DNA of 32,000 nucleotides from Candidatus Saccharimonadota bacterium (GTDB lineage Bacteria; Bacteroidota; Bacteroidia; Cytophagales; Amoebophilaceae): NCBI RefSeq assembly GCF_936981045.1, contig NZ_OW441264.1, positions 750,001 to 782,000 of the forward strand, read 5' to 3'. Shown piece by piece: positions 25,841 to 32,000 of this stretch (position 1 is its first letter; each line of letters starts with the position of its first letter). The notes under the pieces were generated by a model. It saw only the letters and a program-made list of their open reading frames with translations, ran no database searches and was not told where the DNA came from. The position numbers and the translations under genes were made by a program.

Positions 25841-27250
25841 TTATGCCAATACCTTCCGCAACCTAGCAACCGGCAGATGCAACTGCTTTCTATACTTGGT
25901 TACGGTACGACGTGCCACATGATACCCTTCGGCCATCAATAAGTCTACCATACGCTCATCCGAATAAGGATTTTGTTTGTCCTCGCTGTCAATCAATTCT
26001 AAAATTCTATTTTTAACCACTTTATTACTGATATCTGCTCCAGTAGCGGTACGGACGCCTTCAGAAAAGAAAAATTTAAGCGGATACACACCAAACTTTC
26101 CTTGTACTGATTTTTGATTGACAATTCTTGAAATGGTAGAAGCATCCATACCAACCTTATCGGCTACATGTTGCAAAACCATTGGCTTTAATCTATCTGT
26201 TTCTTCTCCTTCTACAAAGAAAGTATATTGTAATTGTAAAATTGCTTCCATGGTCTTTAAAAGGGTTTGGCTCCTTTGACTAAGCGCCTCCATAAACCAT
26301 TTGGCATGCTCCAGCTTTTTTTTCAAAAAGGAAACCATCTCCTGACTTTCTAGATCTTGTCTGGGCTTTTGTTCATACGCTTCCAACATGGTAAGATATT
26401 TTTTATTAAAGCGTAGTCTATGCACTGGATAGTGGACCAGCTCAGCGGTAAGCTTGCCTTGATGTTCGACGATTATAAAGTCGGGCGTAAGGTAATCATT
26501 AGTATCATCAATGCCATGATTATGCCGCCCTGGTCTGGGATTCAACCGGGCAATATAGGCCAAGGCATTTTTCAAAAGATGTCTATCTGTAAGTCCTAAT
26601 TTTTTAACCATTGTCTCATAGTGCTTCTTCGTAAAGGCTTCAAAACAACTACTTATCACACGTTGTGCCAACCGAATGATCGGATCTTTCTGATCTTGTT
26701 CCCGCAGTTGTATCAACAAACATTCCTGTAGGTTTCTAGCTGCAATACCAGGTGGATCTAAACGCTGAATGGCGGTTAATACTTCCTCTACTTCTTGTAG
26801 AGAAAGTTCTAAATAATGCATTACATGGAGATCTTGTACCACAACTTCTAGGTCACATTGCAGGTAACCATCTTGGTCTAAACTACCGATCAGATGTTCG
26901 CCTATGATATACCCTACTTTGCTTAAATGGAGCAAGTAGAGCTGTTCCTTTAACTTTTCTTGAAGCGAAACAATAGCTGGGGTCCAAAGGTCACGAGAGG
27001 GTTGTGTTTTGTATATTTTTTTATTTAGCTCCGTTGAACGACAATCAGAAAAATCCTGAACGAATGGTTCTGTAGCACCTTCTTCTTTATTTTCTACCTC
27101 TTTTCTTTCATCTAGCAAAGGATTAGCGGTGACCTCTTGTGAGATATAGTCATTGAGTGCTACAGTAGGCACTTGTAGCAGCTTAATAAATTGAATTTGT
27201 TGCCCAGATAATCTCTGAGCCAACTTTTGTTCTAATTGTAACTTCTGCAT
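25841..27250 (-). CDS. rpoN: RNA polymerase sigma-54 factor
   Basis: N-terminal Gln/Leu-rich region (MQKLQLEQKLAQRLSGQQIQ), a core-binding region, and a C-terminal HTH plus RpoN box ARRTVTKYRKQLHLP. Confidence 0.95.
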   Translation of the reverse strand: MQKLQLEQKLAQRLSGQQIQFIKLLQVPTVALNDYISQEVTANPLLDERKEVENKEEGATEPFVQDFSDCRSTELNKKIYKTQPSRDLWTPAIVSLQEKLKEQLYLLHLSKVGYIIGEHLIGSLDQDGYLQCDLEVVVQDLHVMHYLELSLQEVEEVLTAIQRLDPPGIAARNLQECLLIQLREQDQKDPIIRLAQRVISSCFEAFTKKHYETMVKKLGLTDRHLLKNALAYIARLNPRPGRHNHGIDDTNDYLTPDFIIVEHQGKLTAELVHYPVHRLRFNKKYLTMLEAYEQKPRQDLESQEMVSFLKKKLEHAKWFMEALSQRSQTLLKTMEAILQLQYTFFVEGEETDRLKPMVLQHVADKVGMDASTISRIVNQKSVQGKFGVYPLKFFFSEGVRTATGADISNKVVKNRILELIDSEDKQNPYSDERMVDLLMAEGYHVARRTVTKYRKQLHLPVARLRKVLA

Positions 27251-27364
27251 CTTAGCATTCAGTTGGATTAAATAAAAACTATTTATAGATTAGGTCTTGC
27301 TAAGCACACTATATAGGTACTAAAACCCAAACAAATATTAATTTCTCATCTAAAAAAGAATACA

Positions 27365-28780
27365 TTGCATACCAAAATTAAAGAACTTTTACAATTTGGC
27401 ACAGTTGACGCAAAAGTTGAAATAAAAGGTTGGATCCGCACCAAACGCATCAATAAGCAGGTTGTATTTCTTACGATCAATGATGGCTCTTGTCAGCAAA
27501 ACTTACAGGTGGTGATGACACCATCTGAACTACCCAAAACACTACTCAATCAACTGATTACAGGTGCTAGTGTTGCCGTATCTGGAAGTTTAGTCGCTTC
27601 AAAAGGTACCAAACAATCGGTAGAAGTACATGGTCATCACTTGACCCTACTAGGCAATGCCCCAGACTACCCATTGCAACCCAAAGCCCATTCATTGGAA
27701 TGCCTACGTACATGGGTACATCTTCGCTTTCGTACCAACACTTTTGGTGCAGTGTTTCGCATCAGGCATGCTATTAGTTATGCCATTCACCATTTTTTTC
27801 ACGAACGTGGTTTCTTTTACCTCCATACGCCTATTATTACTGCAGCAGATGCAGAGGGTTCAGGAGCATTATTTCGTGTCACAAGCCTAGATGCGCCACC
27901 TACCCATCCAGATGGTAACGTGGATCCTAGAGAGGATTTTTTCAATCAACCTACCCACTTAACCGTTTCTGGACAGCTTGCTGCAGAAGCAGCTGCTATG
28001 GGACTAGGGGCGGTCTATACTTTTGGGCCTACTTTTAGAGCAGAAAATTCTAATACATCCAGACACCTAGCAGAATTCTGGATGGTTGAACCAGAGGTAG
28101 CCTTTAATAATCTGGATGATACCATTGTGCTTGCAGAAGCGTTGTTAAAATTCCTATTGGACTATGTACTTAAAAACTGCCCAGCAGAACTTGACTTTTT
28201 AAACCAACGCTTGCTGAACGATAGAAATGAACAAGATTCAACTGAACCCATGCCTTTATTGGAACGGTTACCATTCGTATTAGCACACCCTTTTGCCCGT
28301 ATTACCTACACAGAAGCCCTTGCTATTTTAATGGATGCCGAACCAAACAAGAAGGGCAAATTTGTCTATCCTATTACGGGTTGGGGCATGGATCTGCAAT
28401 CGGAACATGAACGTTATTTGGTAGAGCATCATTTTAAAAGACCGGTAGTCGTAACGGATTATCCAAAAGAGATCAAAGCATTTTATATGCGTCAAAATAA
28501 TGATGGCCAAACGGTAGCGGCTATGGATGTGCTTTTCCCTGGCATAGGAGAAATTATTGGCGGATCTCAAAGGGAAGAACGCATGGATTATTTGAAAGCA
28601 GTGGTGCAACGTACCTATATACAAAATTTAAACTGGTATCTGGATACCAGACGCTTTGGTACCATACCCCATAGCGGGTTTGGGTTAGGGCTGGACCGAT
28701 TTGTATTGTTTGTAACAGGCATGGAAAACATACGTGACGTCATCCCATTTCCACGTACACCAGGCCATGTGCCCTGTTAG
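27365..28780 (+). CDS. asnS: Asparaginyl-tRNA synthetase
   Basis: Class IIb aaRS layout with an N-terminal OB fold. Motif 2-like FRAENSNTSRHLAEFWMVEPE is diagnostic of AsnRS. Motif 3 is GFGLGLDRFVLFVTG..NIRDVIPFPR. TTG start at 27365. Confidence 0.93.
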   Translation: MHTKIKELLQFGTVDAKVEIKGWIRTKRINKQVVFLTINDGSCQQNLQVVMTPSELPKTLLNQLITGASVAVSGSLVASKGTKQSVEVHGHHLTLLGNAPDYPLQPKAHSLECLRTWVHLRFRTNTFGAVFRIRHAISYAIHHFFHERGFFYLHTPIITAADAEGSGALFRVTSLDAPPTHPDGNVDPREDFFNQPTHLTVSGQLAAEAAAMGLGAVYTFGPTFRAENSNTSRHLAEFWMVEPEVAFNNLDDTIVLAEALLKFLLDYVLKNCPAELDFLNQRLLNDRNEQDSTEPMPLLERLPFVLAHPFARITYTEALAILMDAEPNKKGKFVYPITGWGMDLQSEHERYLVEHHFKRPVVVTDYPKEIKAFYMRQNNDGQTVAAMDVLFPGIGEIIGGSQREERMDYLKAVVQRTYIQNLNWYLDTRRFGTIPHSGFGLGLDRFVLFVTGMENIRDVIPFPRTPGHVPC

Positions 28781-28902
28781 CAGGATGGGGTTTCGCATCT
28801 ATTCAACCCATATCCCCAACTCAAGGAAAATCTATTTTTAGGTATCTATTCAGCAGTATGCCATGTCTATAAAAAAAATAAAACCGTCCCTGTATCTGTC
28901 GT

Positions 28903-29229
28903 TCAACGTTGTGCATTAGGATGTAATCCACTACTTTCTAAAACCTTCCTGCTGCTAGAAGGGGTTCGCTTGAGTAGACTGGCCTTAGGGCTGGTGCATA
29001 TCCAGCACCACCCTAACTCACCACTATTATAGTGGCTTGTTTTATCTATATGTAGCACTTTGCTTTGCTCGATTGTTGCTTCTATAGCTTGGTAAGCTTC
29101 TTGACATTTTGCAGCTACTCTAGCCTGGCTATTCGAGATGCTACGAAGAAGGGGACTTAAACAAATGCTTATTGGTAAATCCTTGATTTGTTTGATAATG
29201 CGCATAGCCGAACCCTTCTCGCTGCGCAA
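28903..29229 (-). pseudogene. Transposase fragment, IS66-like (tentative)
   Basis: ..VLHIDKTSHYNSGELGWCWICTS....L.....S.RKVLES resembles the DDE-proximal block of IS66-family transposases (..DET......G...WLW..). There is no credible start; the ORF simply opens after the in-frame rpoC stop. Confidence 0.4.
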
Positions 29230-32000
29230 TTATCCTCCTGTTGCACTAGCTTTAGCAGAGGCTAAAGCATCGTACTCTTTTTTAGAATTTACAACCAATT
29301 TTTCATAACATCGCATACCCGTTCCAGCAGGAATTAAATGACCTACAATAATGTTCTCTTTCAAGCCTTTTAGCTTATCATACTTAGCACTAACAGCTGC
29401 ATCACTCAATACTTTAGCAGTTTCTTGGAAAGAAGCTGCCGATAAGAAGCTTTCCGTAGCCAAGGAGATTTGTGTAATACCTTGCAGTTTCGGCTGAGCA
29501 ATCGCTAATTCTACTGGCCTGGCTTCGACAGAAACCAACCCCTGCTCCTTCAGTTTATCATTCTCTTGTAGCAACCTGCTAGAGGAAACAAATTGCCCCT
29601 GTTTAAACAATTTAGAATCTCCAGGTGTTAGCACAATAGACTGATCACGAATTTTATCATTCTCTTCAAAAAATTTAACTTTATCAACAATTTGCCCATG
29701 CAACATGGTTGTATCGCCTGGATCTATGACCTCTACTTTACGCATCATCTGCTTAATGATGGTTTCAATATGTTTATTATTGATTTTCTCACCTTGTAAA
29801 CGGTATACGTTTTGCAACTCATTCATGATGTATTCCTGTGCAACCAGTGGACCTTTTGTAACCAAAAGGTCAGCAGCAGCTACTGCACCATCCGTGATCA
29901 CCTCCCCTACTTTAACATAGTCGTTGTCTTGAACCAAAATATGTTTAGATAATGGGATCATATACTTGACCTGTATGCCTTCTTTAGATTGAATAAAAAT
30001 TTCTCTATTGCCTCTTTTAATGCCACCATAAGTTACCACACCACTTAACTCACTAATAAAAGCAGTATTAGCAGGCTTTCTAGCCTCAAAAAGCTCGACT
30101 ACACGAGGCAAACCACCCGTAATATCTCGAGATTGATTAATGATACGAGGGACCCTAGCCAATACTTCACCTTTATGAACCTTATCACCTACTTCCACTG
30201 CCAGTTGTGCTTTAACAGGAAGTGTATATGAGGCAATGGTGACACCTGCATCATCACATAAAACAACACTTGGATGTTTGGTCTTATCCCTAGACTCAAT
30301 CATTACCTTTGCTTTACGCCCTGTTTGTTCATCAAACTCTTCTTGATAGGTAATGCCCTCTTCAAGACCTAGGAAATTCACTACTCCATCCTGAGTAGCC
30401 AATAACACAACGTTATAAGGATCCCAATGGTAAAGTTCTTGATCGTAGCTTACGATTTGATTGTTTTTTACCTTAAGGTGGGCACCATATGGCAAATGGG
30501 TACTGGTTAATACTTTTCTTGTATCAGGATCTAAAATTTGCAGCTCAGCAGAGCGACTCATGACGACTTTCACTTCCTGGCCATTTGAATCTACATACTC
30601 TGTAACCATTAGGTCTTCAAAATTTATAATACCTGCATACTTTGCTTTGACCTTAGCATCAACCGTAACATTAGAGGCAATACCCCCGACATGGAAGGTT
30701 CTCATGGTAAGCTGTGTACCAGGTTGCCCAATAGATTGGGCAGCAATTACCCCCACTGCTTCGCCAACGGATACCATATTACCTGTGGACAAGTTTCGAC
30801 CATAACATTTTACACAAACGCCTTGAGACAAATCACAGGTCAATACAGAACGTACAAACACTTCTTCTAGACCAGCCTTTTCTATGTTAACAGCAATTTG
30901 CTCATCAATTCCATGGCCACGCGCAATCAACAAAGCGCCTGTTTGAGGATCCAACACATCATCCACTACTACACGCCCTAGAATACGTTCTGCAAGTGGT
31001 TCAACTATTCTATTTTCAACTTGCACAGCAGTTACACTAATACCTTTAAGGGTACCACAATCCTCTTCAACGACGGTTAAGTCTTGTGCTACATCTACTA
31101 ACCTCCTGGTGAGATACCCTGCATCGGCTGTTTTTAAGGCAGTATCAGCCAATCCCTTCCTAGCACCGTGCGTAGCAATAAAATACTCAATCACATTCAA
31201 CCCCTCTTGGAAGTTAGAAATAATAGGGTGCTCAATAATTTCTCCTACTGCTCCTTGTGTACTCTTTTGAGGCCTACCAATTAATCCTTTCATACCGCCT
31301 AACTGACGCACCTGTTCACGGGAACCCCTTGCACCAGAAATCATCATCATGTAAACGGAATTAAAACCGTTTTGGTCTTGCTCCAACTGTTCCATTAGTT
31401 GATTGGTAATACGTGTATTGGTTCTGGTCCACACATCAATAACTTGATTATATCTTTCATTATCAGTTATTAAACCCAACATATAATTACCCCAAATGGA
31501 CTCCACCTCCTCAGTAGCTTGGGCAATCAATTCATGCTTATTGGCTGGTACCTTCACATCATCCAGCCCAATGGTCATCCCTGCCTTGAATGCTGTATTA
31601 AAACCTAAAGCTTTAATATTATCTAAAAACTCAACTGTAACAACTGTACCAAATTTACTGTACATATCTGTTACAATGCGCTGCATGTTTCTAACATTAA
31701 GCGTTTCATTAACAAATGCCATGCCAGCTGGACAATATTCATTGAACACTACTCTACCCACCGTTGTCTCTATTAAACGATACTCGACCGTTCCATCTAA
31801 ATCCGTGGTGGGCACACGCAGCTTGACATAAGCATGTTTAGAAACCTTTTTATGGGCCAATGCAATCAATACTTCTTCAGGCGCATAAAAAGAGATACCC
31901 TCTCCTAATACAACATCACCTGGAGTACTACGTTTTCCCTTGGTTAGATAATGCAATCCCAAAATCATATCACGAGATGGAATGGTAATAGGAATACCAT
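29230..32000 (-). CDS. rpoC: DNA-directed RNA polymerase subunit beta' (C-terminal about 920 aa; N-terminus lies beyond the window)
   Basis: Conserved beta' blocks: ISGARGS..Q..QL.GM.GL (trigger-loop region), [34 protein letters not shown]....GVC..CYG.(N)[43 protein letters not shown]-type C-terminus. The ORF is open to the window edge. Confidence 0.97.
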   Translation of the reverse strand, partial: GIPITIPSRDMILGLHYLTKGKRSTPGDVVLGEGISFYAPEEVLIALAHKKVSKHAYVKLRVPTTDLDGTVEYRLIETTVGRVVFNEYCPAGMAFVNETLNVRNMQRIVTDMYSKFGTVVTVEFLDNIKALGFNTAFKAGMTIGLDDVKVPANKHELIAQATEEVESIWGNYMLGLITDNERYNQVIDVWTRTNTRITNQLMEQLEQDQNGFNSVYMMMISGARGSREQVRQLGGMKGLIGRPQKSTQGAVGEIIEHPIISNFQEGLNVIEYFIATHGARKGLADTALKTADAGYLTRRLVDVAQDLTVVEEDCGTLKGISVTAVQVENRIVEPLAERILGRVVVDDVLDPQTGALLIARGHGIDEQIAVNIEKAGLEEVFVRSVLTCDLSQGVCVKCYGRNLSTGNMVSVGEAVGVIAAQSIGQPGTQLTMRTFHVGGIASNVTVDAKVKAKYAGIINFEDLMVTEYVDSNGQEVKVVMSRSAELQILDPDTRKVLTSTHLPYGAHLKVKNNQIVSYDQELYHWDPYNVVLLATQDGVVNFLGLEEGITYQEEFDEQTGRKAKVMIESRDKTKHPSVVLCDDAGVTIASYTLPVKAQLAVEVGDKVHKGEVLARVPRIINQSRDITGGLPRVVELFEARKPANTAFISELSGVVTYGGIKRGNREIFIQSKEGIQVKYMIPLSKHILVQDNDYVKVGEVITDGAVAAADLLVTKGPLVAQEYIMNELQNVYRLQGEKINNKHIETIIKQMMRKVEVIDPGDTTMLHGQIVDKVKFFEENDKIRDQSIVLTPGDSKLFKQGQFVSSSRLLQENDKLKEQGLVSVEARPVELAIAQPKLQGITQISLATESFLSAASFQETAKVLSDAAVSAKYDKLKGLKENIIVGHLIPAGTGMRCYEKLVVNSKKEYDALASAKASATGG

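Noticed and set aside
27386-27402. TGGCAC sequence near rpoN that could be a sigma-54 -24 element
   Set aside because: It lies inside the asnS coding sequence, and the spacing and -12 element (ACGC instead of TTGC) do not fit TGGCAC-N5-TTGC.
29705-31831. Plus-strand ORFs of 71-114 aa inside rpoC. The same applies to antisense ORFs inside the Omp85, recA, fabV, uvrB, asnS, engB, bactofilin and M23 genes.
   Set aside because: They are shadow ORFs opposite strongly conserved genes, with no recognisable motifs and biased low-complexity translations.

Overview
AT-rich bacterial chromosomal window with a housekeeping backbone and a large accessory component.

**Backbone:** tRNA-Val, an M23 peptidase-bactofilin-FabV operon, a TamL-like Omp85 lipoprotein, recA, a giant TamB-like protein, engB, uvrB, rpoN, asnS and the 3' two-thirds of rpoC.

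**Mobile-element graveyard (about 11.8-18.5 kb):**
- An IS6-family element whose transposase gene is split by a group II intron. The intron's reverse transcriptase is itself gutted by a 240-bp MITE plus an IS982 fragment.
- A frameshifted sodium:solute symporter gene bracketed by inverted IS6 ends.
- An inactivated IS256-family element inserted into a solo IS6 end, then a second IS256 fragment and a possible transposase HTH remnant.

**Effector candidates (about 18.2-25.8 kb), the most interesting part:** two genes that look like mimics of eukaryotic proteins sit either side of uvrB.
- A 603-aa putative lipoprotein carries the exact CKSGKDRTG (CX5R) active site of SopB/IpgD-type phosphoinositide phosphatases.
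- A 658-aa protein ends in a textbook WASP/N-WASP output module: poly-Pro, WH2, WH2, connector, then an acidic tail with a single Trp. That makes it a candidate Arp2/3 nucleation-promoting-factor mimic.

**MITE family:** near-identical copies of the 240-bp MITE-like repeat (16-nt terminal inverted repeats ACGTGAGTTCGGGATT) bracket and punctuate this region. There are four full copies, one half copy and one orphan end in the window.

**Organism (inference only):** Bacteroidota-style genes, a heavy load of decayed IS elements and eukaryote-like domains fit an obligate intracellular Bacteroidota symbiont of the Amoebophilus/Cardinium type. I cannot verify this or any novelty claim without database searches.
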